Part shown: positions 40,249 through 49,875 of the stretch, one piece after another
Position numbering within the stretch: position 1 is the first letter of the stretch
Layout: every line of letters begins with the position of its first letter
Assembly: GCA_022703705.1 (NCBI GenBank)
Contig: JAKLDD010000001.1
Location: 2,657 to 66,656 of the forward strand
DNA: 64,000 bases
DNA from: Nanobdellota archaeon
Lineage (GTDB): Archaea; Nanobdellota; Nanobdellia; Pacearchaeales; GW2011-AR1
Direction of reading: 5' to 3'
Notes under the pieces: model-generated
Told to the model about the DNA's origin: nothing
What the model saw: the letters and a program-made list of their open reading frames with translations, nothing else
The model's database searches: none
Made by a program: the position numbers and the translations under genes

Positions 40249-40728
40249 TTGTCTTTAATTAGACAAATCTATTATCGTAAGATAAGCTCAACAATAAAAA
40301 TGGAAAATTCAATTTACGAGATAAACCCGCAAGAGTATAACTTAAAATTAGCTGAAGCCCTAAAAAAAATACCTGAATTTGAAGAACCAGAATGGGTTAA
40401 GTTTGTAAAATCAAGTTCTGCAAAAGAAAGGCCTATAGATGACCCTGATTTTTGGCATAAAAGGGCTGCTTCTGTTTTAAGAAATATTTACAAAAAAGGT
40501 TCTATAGGAGTTAATCGATTAAAAACAAAATATGGCTCTAAAAAAAATAGAGGATTTAAACCGGAAAAATTCAAAAAAGGTTCAGGAAAAATATTAAGAG
40601 TTATTCTTCAACAATCTGATAAAGCAGGTTTTACAGAAATCCAAAAACCAATTAGGGGAATTAAAAGTAAAAAACCCGGAAGAATACTAACTGATAAGGG
40701 AAAGAAATTTCTGGAGGAAATAAAATGA
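40249..40728 (+). CDS. rps19e: 30S ribosomal protein eS19
   Basis: WVKFVKSSSAKERPIDDPDFWHKRAASVLRNIY eS19 signature. Confidence 0.85.
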   Translation: MSLIRQIYYRKISSTIKMENSIYEINPQEYNLKLAEALKKIPEFEEPEWVKFVKSSSAKERPIDDPDFWHKRAASVLRNIYKKGSIGVNRLKTKYGSKKNRGFKPEKFKKGSGKILRVILQQSDKAGFTEIQKPIRGIKSKKPGRILTDKGKKFLEEIK

Positions 40729-41018
40729 AAAAATATATTGAATACAAAGTACTTGGGAAAAATAATCTCCCTGTAACTTTTGAAGATTTTAAGAATATTA
40801 GTGAATCTGTAAAGGCAATATTTAATGAAACAGACAGAGTTCACTTAGGAGAAGGATTAAGAACAACTTTTGGTGTAAATGGCGAGCAATTTCATTTAAT
40901 ATATGGTTATATGGGACCAAGTCTGATTATTCCGAATACTCATTATGGTGAAAAAATTAAAAAAACAATAAAAGACTTAGATAATAAACTAGAATTTAGG
41001 AGAGTACAATGCCAATAA
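40725..41018 (+). CDS. hypothetical protein between the eS19 and eL39 genes
   Basis: 97-aa ORF coupled to both neighbours by 4-nt and 10-nt overlaps. Confidence 0.4.
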   Translation: MKKYIEYKVLGKNNLPVTFEDFKNISESVKAIFNETDRVHLGEGLRTTFGVNGEQFHLIYGYMGPSLIIPNTHYGEKIKKTIKDLDNKLEFRRVQCQ

Positions 41019-41212
41019 AAAATACAAAGAAAAAAGAAAAGCTTGCAGTTCATGGAAGAAGAACAAAATGGGCACCTGTTTGGGCAGTATTAAAAAAATT
41101 TGGAACAGGAAAAAGAATCCATCCTTCAGCTATGACTAAACATAGACGTTCATGGAAAAGAACTAAACTACATGTTAAACCCTATAAAAGGAGGAAGTCA
41201 CACTTCGGTTAA
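41009..41212 (+). CDS. rpl39e: 50S ribosomal protein eL39
   Basis: HPSAMTKHRRSWKRTKL matches the eL39 RRHWRRTKL region. Confidence 0.7.
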   Translation: MPIKNTKKKEKLAVHGRRTKWAPVWAVLKKFGTGKRIHPSAMTKHRRSWKRTKLHVKPYKRRKSHFG

Positions 41213-41214
41213 AA

Positions 41215-41652
41215 ATGAAAGAAAATAAATCTTTAAAAAATGAAGAAAACGAAGATTCAATTTCAGAACAAAGAAATACTCCAGTGATGCACAAAATATT
41301 TTATAGTTCTGGAAAATATGATTTTCATAAATTGGAAGACAAATGGAAATTACTTAGCTATGTTCCCCAAATAAATGATATTTGTCATCATGAAACTCCA
41401 TTAAAGAATATTTACAAAAAAGAAATTTGGGATGATGAAATCCGAGTTTATAAAGATAATCGAGCTATAACTGTAATTTATTCAAATCCTCAAACACTTT
41501 TAAATAAATTTGAAATAAATCTTTTAAATTATTCTGACGATAATTTAGATATTGTTAGAAAAACAAAATCTATGCTTGAAGAAATATTGGGGTGTGAATT
41601 AAATGATGAAGATAATGATTTAATGTCTAATTTAGATATAGAAAAAAACTAA
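41215..41652 (+). CDS. hypothetical protein
   Basis: 145-aa acidic protein. Confidence 0.4.
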   Translation: MKENKSLKNEENEDSISEQRNTPVMHKIFYSSGKYDFHKLEDKWKLLSYVPQINDICHHETPLKNIYKKEIWDDEIRVYKDNRAITVIYSNPQTLLNKFEINLLNYSDDNLDIVRKTKSMLEEILGCELNDEDNDLMSNLDIEKN

Positions 41653-41653
41653 A

Positions 41654-42232
41654 ATGGCAAACAAAAATAAAGATAAAAAAGAAACTGAAAGAGAATATAC
41701 TATACCTTTAAGAGAAAAAACCAGAAGTGCGGTAAGATATAAAAAAACTCCAAAAGCAATTAAATCAATAAAAGAATTTATTGCAAAACATATGAAAATT
41801 GAAAACAGAGATTTGAATAAAGTAAAGCTCAGCATTTACTTAAATCAATTTATGTGGGCAAGAGGAATAAAAAATCCCCCTTCAAAAATAAAAGTAAAAG
41901 TAACTCAAAAAGGTGAAAATGTTCTTGTAGATTTAGTAAACTATCCTAATAAACTCAAGTTCAGCAAAGCAAGAGCAGAAAAGCAAGGAAAAGAAGCATT
42001 GGAAACAATTGAAAATAAAAAGTCTATGATGAAAAAAATGAAAGAAAGCTTGCAAAAGCCAAAAGAAGAAACAGAAGAAGATAAAGAAAAAGCAAAAGAA
42101 GCTGAAGAAAAAGCTAAAACAAGTGCAGAATCAACAAAAGAACTTGAAAAAGCCCAGGCAAAACAAGCAAAACATCAAACTGAAAAACCAAAAAAATCAG
42201 CTAAACCAATGAGAGTAGCTTTACAAAAGTAA
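41654..42232 (+). CDS. rpl31e: 50S ribosomal protein eL31 with an ~100-aa Lys/Glu-rich C-terminal extension
   Basis: EREYTIPLREKTRSAVRYKKTPKAIKSIKEFIAKHMK matches the eL31 core; charged low-complexity tail. Confidence 0.75.
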   Translation: MANKNKDKKETEREYTIPLREKTRSAVRYKKTPKAIKSIKEFIAKHMKIENRDLNKVKLSIYLNQFMWARGIKNPPSKIKVKVTQKGENVLVDLVNYPNKLKFSKARAEKQGKEALETIENKKSMMKKMKESLQKPKEETEEDKEKAKEAEEKAKTSAESTKELEKAQAKQAKHQTEKPKKSAKPMRVALQK

Positions 42233-42361
42233 GCTTATTATCCAAGTAAAATCATAACCTTGCTCAACTATTAATCATATTTATTAATCAGTTTAAAAAA
42301 ATTTACAGATAACTATTATTAGGAAATACTTATATAAAAAGAGAAAAATTATTAATTTAAG

Positions 42362-42793
42362 ATGGTAAGAATAAACATAATTAATCCCAAGTTTTTGGCA
42401 GACCAGCATTTAATAGCAGAATATAATGAAACATTAATGTTATTAGGATATGTTAAAAAAAATCCTGAATTAGGTATAAAAAATATTCCTGAAAATTATA
42501 AGTTGGGCCCAGGACATATGCTATTTTTTAAAAATAAATTAAAATATCTTAATAAAAGGTTTATTATCATAAAAGAAGAAATGACTAAAAGAGGTTTTTC
42601 AAATAATATTAACATTGATTTAAACATCTTCAATAAAAACCTGATTAATGATTGGGAAGCAACAAATGAAGACAAAAAGATTATCAAAAAAAGACTTATT
42701 TACAAAATAAATTTAAAACCAGAATATTACAGATATTATAAAGAGAAAAAATCTAAAAAGTTTTTTATAGATATGATTGAAAATGCTGAATGA
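42362..42793 (+). CDS. pyrimidine dimer DNA glycosylase (T4 endonuclease V / DenV family)
   Basis: [23 protein letters not shown] aligns closely with T4 endoV [31 protein letters not shown] matches GAGHVTFF. Confidence 0.8.
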   Translation: [143 protein letters not shown]

Positions 42794-43490
42794 ACTAAAA
42801 AAAGAAATTGAAGAGGCTAAAAATCCTGAACAAGCTAAAATACTTCAAAGATTCTTTAAAACAGGAAAGGGAGAGTATGGAGAAGGAGATATTTTTTTAG
42901 GGATAAAAGTTCCAACACAAAGAAAAATTGCAAACAAATATACAGATTTGCTTTTTTCAGATTTACAGATTCTTCTAAATAGTAAAAAACATGAAGAAAG
43001 ATTAATTGCTTTGATAATACTCACAAACAAATACAAAAAAAGCAAAAAAGATTCTGTAAAAAAAAGAAATATCTTTGAATTTTATTTAAAAAATACCCAA
43101 AATATCAATAATTGGGATTTAGTTGATTTAAGTGCTCCCAATATCGTGGGGGATTTTTCAAGCATAGACGGAACAGAGATAATAAGATTTCTTGCAAAGT
43201 CCAAGAATATTTGGGAAAGAAGAATTGCTATTGTCTCAACTCATACATTTATAAGAAAAAGAATTTTTGGAGAGACTCTTTCTATTGCAGATATGCTCCT
43301 TAAAGATGAACATGATTTAATTCATAAAGCAGTAGGATGGATGTTAAGAGAAGTTGGAAAAAGAAACCAAGAAGTTTTAGAAATATTTCTTAAAGAAAGA
43401 TACAAGGAAATGCCCAGAACTATGTTAAGGTATTCTATTGAAAAATTTCCTGAGGAAAAGAGAAAAAAATATCTTAAGGGAGAAATATAA
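42777..43490 (+). CDS. DNA alkylation repair protein (AlkD/AlkC-like HEAT-repeat glycosylase family)
   Basis: EQAKILQRFFKTGKGEYGEGDIFLGIKVPTQRKIA N-terminal signature of the DNA_alkylation family. Confidence 0.7.
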   Translation: MKMLNELKKEIEEAKNPEQAKILQRFFKTGKGEYGEGDIFLGIKVPTQRKIANKYTDLLFSDLQILLNSKKHEERLIALIILTNKYKKSKKDSVKKRNIFEFYLKNTQNINNWDLVDLSAPNIVGDFSSIDGTEIIRFLAKSKNIWERRIAIVSTHTFIRKRIFGETLSIADMLLKDEHDLIHKAVGWMLREVGKRNQEVLEIFLKERYKEMPRTMLRYSIEKFPEEKRKKYLKGEI

Positions 43491-43495
43491 CTCAA

Positions 43496-44380
43496 CTATT
43501 TTACAATTTTAGGTCTTCTTCTTTTAATAACTCCCCCTTCTATTTCGCTTATTTTCTCTTCAATTATTAAAGCATGACTATCTATCTTTTCTATCTCACT
43601 TTTTATTCTTACAACCTCTAATCGAGTTACTATGGTAAATAAAATATCCATATCTTTCTTTTCTTTCTCTTCAGAATACCCTTTAGTTCCCTTGTAAATT
43701 GTAACCCCGTTTCCTAATTCAATAAGTTTTTTTCTTATTTCTTTGTTTTTATCTGAAATTATTGTTAAGCCAGTGTATTCTTCTATTCCATGTGAAATAA
43801 AATCAACAGACTTAGATGCTACCAGATAAGTTAAAAGAGAATACAATGCTGCCTCTATTCCAAGCAATATTGCTGCAAAAGAAAAAACTATAATATTTAT
43901 AAAAAAGATTATCTCTCCCATGCTAAATCCTGTTTTTCTGTTTAAATAAACTGAAAGTATTTCTGTACCATCTAAAACACTTCCTCCTCTAACAGAAAAT
44001 CCTATTCCTGCACCTAATAAAAACCCCCCAAATACTGCAACTAAAAGTTTATCATGTGTTATTATTGGGTAATTTATAAAGTGCAAAACAATAGAAAGAA
44101 TAATTATTGCGAAGAAAGTTTTAATCGCGAATATCTTTCCTATTTGCTTTCTTGCAAGAAAAATAAAAGGCAAATTAATTACAAACAATAAAAAAGAAAT
44201 GCTTAATGGAGTTAAAAAATGAACTAAAAGTGATATCCCTGTAACTCCCCCATCTATAAATCCTGCAGGAATCAAAAATCCTTTAAGTGCAAATCCTGCA
44301 AATCCTATTCCAACAAATATAAAGAAAAATTCTTTGAGGGTATTAAAAACTGAAGAATACCTCCTTTTTTTATTAATCAT
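43496..44380 (-). CDS. YitT-family membrane protein (DUF161 + DUF2179)
   Basis: GFLIPAGFIDGGVTGISLLV motif; multiple TM segments; C-terminal soluble domain. Confidence 0.6.
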   Translation of the reverse strand: MINKKRRYSSVFNTLKEFFFIFVGIGFAGFALKGFLIPAGFIDGGVTGISLLVHFLTPLSISFLLFVINLPFIFLARKQIGKIFAIKTFFAIIILSIVLHFINYPIITHDKLLVAVFGGFLLGAGIGFSVRGGSVLDGTEILSVYLNRKTGFSMGEIIFFINIIVFSFAAILLGIEAALYSLLTYLVASKSVDFISHGIEEYTGLTIISDKNKEIRKKLIELGNGVTIYKGTKGYSEEKEKKDMDILFTIVTRLEVVRIKSEIEKIDSHALIIEEKISEIEGGVIKRRRPKIVK

Positions 44381-44448
44381 AAGTAAATTATAAAAAATTT
44401 GTTTAAAAATCTAACTAAATTAAAAACCCAATTAGATTATATCTCAAA

Positions 44449-44841
44449 CTACTCCTCATCTTCTTTGTTCATTTTTATCATTTCAATAGCAAATTCTATG
44501 TTCTCTTTTGTAATTTCGTCTTTTTTAGGGCCATAGATTTCGAGCTTGCTTCCATTCAATCCATTGTCATATCTCCCATGAATATGATTGTTTTTCTGAA
44601 GAACTTCAATCCCAGAAGAAGTTATCTCAAAATTATACTTAAGGGGGGTTTTTATGTTCCATTCAAGATTAAAATAATAACCTGAAAATTCATTGTCCCA
44701 TTTGGACAAACTAACCTCTCCAAGTTCTTTATAGCATATTGCTATTTCTCCAGAGATTATTTCTCCCTTGGAAATCTTCTCTAATTCCCCTTCTTCAAGA
44801 ACAATATCGCTATTCCAGTTACTGTGAATTATAGCCTTCAT
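44449..44841 (-). CDS. hypothetical protein
   Basis: 130-aa ORF. Confidence 0.4.
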   Translation of the reverse strand: MKAIIHSNWNSDIVLEEGELEKISKGEIISGEIAICYKELGEVSLSKWDNEFSGYYFNLEWNIKTPLKYNFEITSSGIEVLQKNNHIHGRYDNGLNGSKLEIYGPKKDEITKENIEFAIEMIKMNKEDEE

Positions 44842-44962
44842 CCTATTTCAAAATAACAGTCATTTAAAAAAGGATATATGCAGCGAAATATCTTCTAAAT
44901 AATATATAATACAAAATATATGATATAGAATATACTTTATAAAAATAGATTAATCTTTTAAA

Positions 44963-45868
44963 TTGTCAAGAATTAAGATTTTTATGAATATTGAAGAAAT
45001 AAAACAAAAAAGATCTATTAAAGAACTCCTTGAATTTGGAATAATTAATATTGACAAGCCTTCTGGACCAACAAGTTTTAGTGTTTCAGAATTTGTATGT
45101 AAACGATTAAAATTGAGGAAAACTTCTCATTTTGGAACTCTGGATCCAAAAGTAACTGGGGTTTTGCCTGTTGCTCTCAATAGAGCATGTAAATTAACAG
45201 GATATTTTTTGGGAGAAAACAAAGAGTATATTGGAGTTATGAGGCTTCATGAAGATATTAATGTAGATAAGATAAAACAAACAATAAACGAGAATTTTTT
45301 AGGAAAAATAATGCAAATGCCCCCAGTCAAATCAAGAGTTAAAAGACAAAATAGAGAAAGAGAAATATATTCTTTTGAATTACTGGAGAAAAGAGATAAA
45401 GATGTCCTGTTCAAAGTAAAATGTGAGGGGGGAACGTACATAAGAAAGTTAATTGATGATTTGGGAAAAGAGCTTAAAATTGGAGCACATATGTTAGAAT
45501 TAAGAAGAATTAGAGCGGGTATTTTTAAAGAAGAAAATCAAGGAGATTCTTCAGTAGATATGTATAAATTTGAAAAAGCGGCTGAAGAATTTGAAAAAGG
45601 AAATGATAAATTATTAAGAAATATAATTATACCTGCAGAGGTTGTTGGCAAAGTATACTCTGTTGCAAATATAAAAGAAGATAATTTAAAACAAATATTG
45701 ACAGGAAAACCAATTTACAAAAAAGACTTAATAAAAGACGAGGGATGGAAAAAAGATTCAATCATCTCTGTTTTTTTAGATGAAAGATTTATAGGCATTT
45801 ATAAGATTTTTAGAGGAAAAGAAATATTTGCTAAACCAGAATTTGTTATGCAAGAGATGAGAGGATAA
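44963..45868 (+). CDS. cbf5: H/ACA RNP pseudouridine synthase Cbf5 (TruB family with PUA domain)
   Basis: NIDKPSGPTSFSV and HFGTLDPKVTGVLPVAL catalytic-Asp motifs. Confidence 0.85.
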   Translation: MSRIKIFMNIEEIKQKRSIKELLEFGIINIDKPSGPTSFSVSEFVCKRLKLRKTSHFGTLDPKVTGVLPVALNRACKLTGYFLGENKEYIGVMRLHEDINVDKIKQTINENFLGKIMQMPPVKSRVKRQNREREIYSFELLEKRDKDVLFKVKCEGGTYIRKLIDDLGKELKIGAHMLELRRIRAGIFKEENQGDSSVDMYKFEKAAEEFEKGNDKLLRNIIIPAEVVGKVYSVANIKEDNLKQILTGKPIYKKDLIKDEGWKKDSIISVFLDERFIGIYKIFRGKEIFAKPEFVMQEMRG

Positions 45869-45869
45869 C

Positions 45870-46469
45870 ATGCGCCAATTTGTATATTTTTCAAGTTCAG
45901 CGGCAACATCTGGAAATGCTTTATCCAAATATTCTGGGGGGGAGGGGAATTTAATGAAAGCTGGAAGGATGGATATTGCAATACATAGTTTTATCCAGGG
46001 GGTCTTCTTATCACATGATTTCAGGAAAGATGTTGTTTTTCATTTTATATTCTATGGACAACCTGACCCTCCAAAGCATATTGAAATTCAAGTTAAAGAT
46101 GAAACACAAATATCAAAAAAAGATGTTGGAAATATAATAAAAAAAATATTATATAAATATAAAGGGGGGGAAAAGACAGAAGTTCTTCCAGGTTGTTTTA
46201 TTGAGAAAAAAAGTTTTCTTGGAGTTATTGAAGAATTAATAAAAGAAGGAAATGAAATTTTTATATTAGATAAAAAAGGAGAAGATATAAGAAAAACCAG
46301 TATTCCTAAAGATTGTGTGTTTATACTTGGGGACCATGAGGGGCTTCCTCAAAAAGAACTCAAAAGATTAAAGAGTTATTGCAAATCTGTTTCTGTTGGA
46401 AATAAAATGTATTTTGCTTCGCAAACAGTTGCAGTGGTTAATAATGAATTAGATTACAGAGGAATTTAA
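45870..46469 (+). CDS. SPOUT-class methyltransferase, TrmY-like (tRNA pseudouridine-N1 MTase family, tentative)
   Basis: GRMDIAIHSF...FIFYGQPDPPKHIEI resembles the DUF358/TrmY signature; 2-nt gap after cbf5. Confidence 0.45.
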   Translation: MRQFVYFSSSAATSGNALSKYSGGEGNLMKAGRMDIAIHSFIQGVFLSHDFRKDVVFHFIFYGQPDPPKHIEIQVKDETQISKKDVGNIIKKILYKYKGGEKTEVLPGCFIEKKSFLGVIEELIKEGNEIFILDKKGEDIRKTSIPKDCVFILGDHEGLPQKELKRLKSYCKSVSVGNKMYFASQTVAVVNNELDYRGI

Positions 46470-46491
46470 AATCTTATTCGTTATCTAGAAT

Positions 46492-46716
46492 TTAATCTTT
46501 CTTAACTTTTGATTCTATTGTAAGTCTCCCTGTTTCTGAGTCATAAACAACATCTCCCAATCTTTCTCCTGAAGGTTTTATTGGATTATTTTTTGAAGCA
46601 ACATAATCAGGATTATGGTCTTGACAATAATATGCCTCATCAGACAGTCCTAATTCAAATTGGGCATACCAAGAATCATTTAAACTCTCTCTTGTGGGCA
46701 TAATAATTACAACCAA
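46492..46716 (-). CDS. hypothetical protein
   Basis: 74-aa ORF. Confidence 0.3.
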   Translation of the reverse strand: MVVIIMPTRESLNDSWYAQFELGLSDEAYYCQDHNPDYVASKNNPIKPSGERLGDVVYDSETGRLTIESKVKKD

Positions 46717-46787
46717 ATAATATTTTTAAGCATTTAGATAATAATAACTAACAAAATCTTTAATAAGATGTTTTAATATATATAAAT

Positions 46788-47063
46788 ATGAAAAAATCAA
46801 TTAGATTGTATATTTCGGGAACTGTTCAAGGAATGTTTTTTAGAGGATTTGTAAAAGAAAATGCTGAAAAATATAATGTTAAAGGATTTGTAAGAAATCT
46901 TGATGATGGAAGAGTAGAAATTTTTCTTGAGGGAGACAATAAAGATATAGAAAAAATGGTTGAATTATGCAAAAAAGGTCCAAAACATGCTGAGATACGA
47001 AGCATCGAATTCAAAGAAGAAAAATTCCAAGATTTCAAGACATTCAAAATACTGCATATTTAA
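46788..47063 (+). CDS. acyP: acylphosphatase
   Basis: ISGTVQGMFFRGFV...GFVRNLDDGRVEIFLEG matches the acylphosphatase signatures. Confidence 0.8.
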   Translation: MKKSIRLYISGTVQGMFFRGFVKENAEKYNVKGFVRNLDDGRVEIFLEGDNKDIEKMVELCKKGPKHAEIRSIEFKEEKFQDFKTFKILHI

Positions 47064-47566
47064 TCTTTAAAGAAAACTGCAAAGTGATCAAAAACTTCTT
47101 TACTTTTAAAATCTACGTCATGTGCAACTAAATGAAGTGTTTCATAATTCATTGATTTTATTTTTCCATCATATGGATCATAATAAAATATCTGCTCTTT
47201 TCTTGTATCATAACCGGTTAGAACATCATAATGTCCAAAGGCAGTTTCTATTAACCAATTTTTAACTTTTTTATTGGGCCAACCCTGAACAGATAGAAGT
47301 GCGGGATTTCCTTTGTCTATTGAGTTTATTAAATCAGGTATGGAATAATTATATTTCTTGGTGTAATCCAAATCAAATTTATCTGCAATTCTTAACATAT
47401 TTTCAATAGGTGTTCCTTTTCTAGAAGTATTTGCTATCTTGATTAAATCCATCTCTGGAACTTCTATCCCTTTTTTATAGAGAATTAGCTTCTGCATGGC
47501 CTTGGTTCCACATGAAGCTATGTGATATTGTTTATCTCCATCAGGAAATTTTAATATTTTCTTCAT
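47060..47566 (-). CDS. peptidase C39-like cysteine peptidase domain protein
   Basis: ASCGTKAMQKLIL (Cys region) and GHYDVLTGYD (His region) resemble the Peptidase_C39_2 family. Confidence 0.45.
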   Translation of the reverse strand: MKKILKFPDGDKQYHIASCGTKAMQKLILYKKGIEVPEMDLIKIANTSRKGTPIENMLRIADKFDLDYTKKYNYSIPDLINSIDKGNPALLSVQGWPNKKVKNWLIETAFGHYDVLTGYDTRKEQIFYYDPYDGKIKSMNYETLHLVAHDVDFKSKEVFDHFAVFFKD

Positions 47567-47628
47567 TTCATCAATAAAAGAAAAGTATTTAATATTGTTT
47601 TATAAATCTTATGTATAATTAAGACAAT

Positions 47629-48060
47629 ATGATATATACTAATTCAGATGGAGGTGCAAGGGGAAACCCCGGACCAGGTGCAATTGGGGTAGTTATAAGA
47701 AAAGAAGAAGAAATTCTTACAAAATACAGCCAGTTTATTGGGAGAAATGTTACAAATAATATTGCAGAATATGAAGCTTTAATAAAAGCCCTTGAACTTG
47801 CTTCAAAATTCACAAAAGAAGAAATTACCTGTATATTGGATTCAGAACTTGTTGTAAATCAGCTTCTTGGAAAATACAAAGTAAAAAACACTCAATTAAT
47901 GGAATTATTTTTAAAAGTTCAAAAATTGCAGGAAAATTTTAAAAAAATAAAATATTTGCATGTAAACAGAATGAACAAATATCAACAAATAGCAGATGAA
48001 ATCTTAAATGAAGAATTAGATAAAGAAGTTGGACCAAGAAAAAAATTTTATAGAAGATAA
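47629..48060 (+). CDS. rnhA: ribonuclease HI (type 1 RNase H)
   Basis: IYTNSDGGARGNPGPGAIGVVI and NNIAEYEALIKALELA motifs. Confidence 0.75.
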   Translation: MIYTNSDGGARGNPGPGAIGVVIRKEEEILTKYSQFIGRNVTNNIAEYEALIKALELASKFTKEEITCILDSELVVNQLLGKYKVKNTQLMELFLKVQKLQENFKKIKYLHVNRMNKYQQIADEILNEELDKEVGPRKKFYRR

Positions 48061-48150
48061 ATAATGAATATGTTATTACTATAAAGTTAAAAATATTAGA
48101 AACTTTTAAATAGTCAAATTATGACCTATGTTCAAGGATAAATTTAAAAA

Positions 48151-49746
48151 ATGAAAACCCTTGAACGAGTAATGGAAGAAAGTGAAAGAATGTACTGGGC
48201 AGATTCTATTGCGTCTAATTTGATTCGTTCGAATCCAAAGCAAAAAAAATTTACGTGTGCTGCTGGAATTAGTCCATCCGGAATAATACATATTGGAAAT
48301 TTTAGAGATATCATAACGTCTGATTTAGTTTGTCGTTCTTTAAGGGATAAAGGGTATGAAGCAGAATTAATCTTTTCTTGGGATGAATACGATAGATTAA
48401 GAAAGATTCCAAAAGGAGTGCCAGAGAAATTTAGTAAATATTTAGGAATGCCCCTAGCTGAAGTTCCTGATCCAGATAAATGTCATAAATCTTATGCTAA
48501 GCATTTTCAGGCACCATTTGAAGAAGCAATACCCCAACTTATAACATCAATAAAATTTTTATATCAAGCAGAAAAATACAAAAATAATGAATATTATGAG
48601 GGAATTAAAACAGCAATGCAAAAAAGAAAGCAGATAGCAGAGATATTGGCGGAATTCAAGACTCAGGGCATGACAGAAAAAGAAATGGAAGAATATTACC
48701 CCTTACAGGTTTACTGTAGAAAATGCAATAAAGGAACAACTACAAAAATAATCGATTATGATGGAGAGGATAAGGTAATTTACAAGTGCGAATGTGGCAA
48801 TAAAGAAACTGTAGATATTTCAAAAGAGAATATAGGAAAGCTCGATTGGAAGGTTGACTGGCCTATGAGATGGAAACATGAAGGAGTAAGTTTTGAACCG
48901 GGAGGGGAAGATCATGCAACCCCCGGAGGTAGTTTTGATGTTGCAAGTAGAATTGCTAAAAAAATTTATGGTATCGAACCCCCTTATTTTCAAGGATATG
49001 GCTTCGTTGGGGTAGAAGGAGCTTCTAAGATGTCTGGATCAAAGGGAACAGGAATTGCTCCAAAAGATTTACTTGAAATCTATGAGCCAGAGCTATTAAG
49101 ATGGTTATTCACAAGAGTTAATCCTATGAAAGTATTAACACTATTTTTTGATTCTCAGATAATAAGACAGTATGATGAATTTGATAGAGAAGTTATAAAT
49201 TATTATGAAAACAAACTTCAATCAACTGAAAAAAGAGCCCTAGAACTTGCTACTGTAAATCCCAAAAAGCCTTTGGTCAAGGAAAGAGTTCCGTTCAGAC
49301 AGGCTGGTTCATTCGGACAAGTCGCTCAAGGAAATTTCAAAGAACTTAAAAGTATTTATAAAAGAATAGGAGAAAAATATTCGGATGAGATCTTAAAACA
49401 GAGATTAGTAAAATCTCAAAATTGGATAGATAAATTTGCTCCAGAACTAAAAATTAATGTAAGAGAAATTCCAAACGATAATTATTACAAAAAACTAACA
49501 AAAAAAGAGAAAGAACAAATAGATAAATTTAAAGAAGGGTTCGAGAAACACTGGAATTTGGAAGATCTTACAACTTTTGTATATTCGGTCCCAAAAAAAC
49601 CTGAAATGACTGAAAATGAAAAGAAGATAGAACAAAGAAATTTCTTTAAAAATGTTTATCAGATGCTTATAGATGCAGACACTGGCCCAAGATTGCCAAC
49701 ATTTTTACTTGCATTGGGAAAAGAAAAAGTAAAAAAGCTGTTATAG
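48151..49746 (+). CDS. lysK: lysyl-tRNA synthetase, class I
   Basis: GIIHIGNFRD (HIGH variant), Cys-rich insertion CRKCNKG...CECGNKE, KMSGSKG (KMSKS). Confidence 0.9.
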   Translation: MKTLERVMEESERMYWADSIASNLIRSNPKQKKFTCAAGISPSGIIHIGNFRDIITSDLVCRSLRDKGYEAELIFSWDEYDRLRKIPKGVPEKFSKYLGMPLAEVPDPDKCHKSYAKHFQAPFEEAIPQLITSIKFLYQAEKYKNNEYYEGIKTAMQKRKQIAEILAEFKTQGMTEKEMEEYYPLQVYCRKCNKGTTTKIIDYDGEDKVIYKCECGNKETVDISKENIGKLDWKVDWPMRWKHEGVSFEPGGEDHATPGGSFDVASRIAKKIYGIEPPYFQGYGFVGVEGASKMSGSKGTGIAPKDLLEIYEPELLRWLFTRVNPMKVLTLFFDSQIIRQYDEFDREVINYYENKLQSTEKRALELATVNPKKPLVKERVPFRQAGSFGQVAQGNFKELKSIYKRIGEKYSDEILKQRLVKSQNWIDKFAPELKINVREIPNDNYYKKLTKKEKEQIDKFKEGFEKHWNLEDLTTFVYSVPKKPEMTENEKKIEQRNFFKNVYQMLIDADTGPRLPTFLLALGKEKVKKLL

Positions 49747-49795
49747 AGATAAAAAGACTGCACATTCAAAGTAGATGCAGAATATATTATAACCT

Positions 49796-49870
49796 GGACC
49801 GGTAGCTCAGCAAGGTAGAGCGCTAAGGTTTTTATTTTGGAGGAGAGATGTTCAAATCATCTCCGGTCCA
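49796..49870 (+). tRNA. tRNA-Lys (anticodon TTT), slightly irregular anticodon arm
   Basis: Hand fold: acceptor GGACCGG/CCGGTCC, D-arm GCTC..GAGC, T-arm AGATG-TTCAAAT-CATCT, anticodon region CTAAG-GTTTTTAT-TTTGG. The loop is either 7 nt with U37 or 8 nt. Confidence 0.6.
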
Positions 49871-49875
49871 TCATA

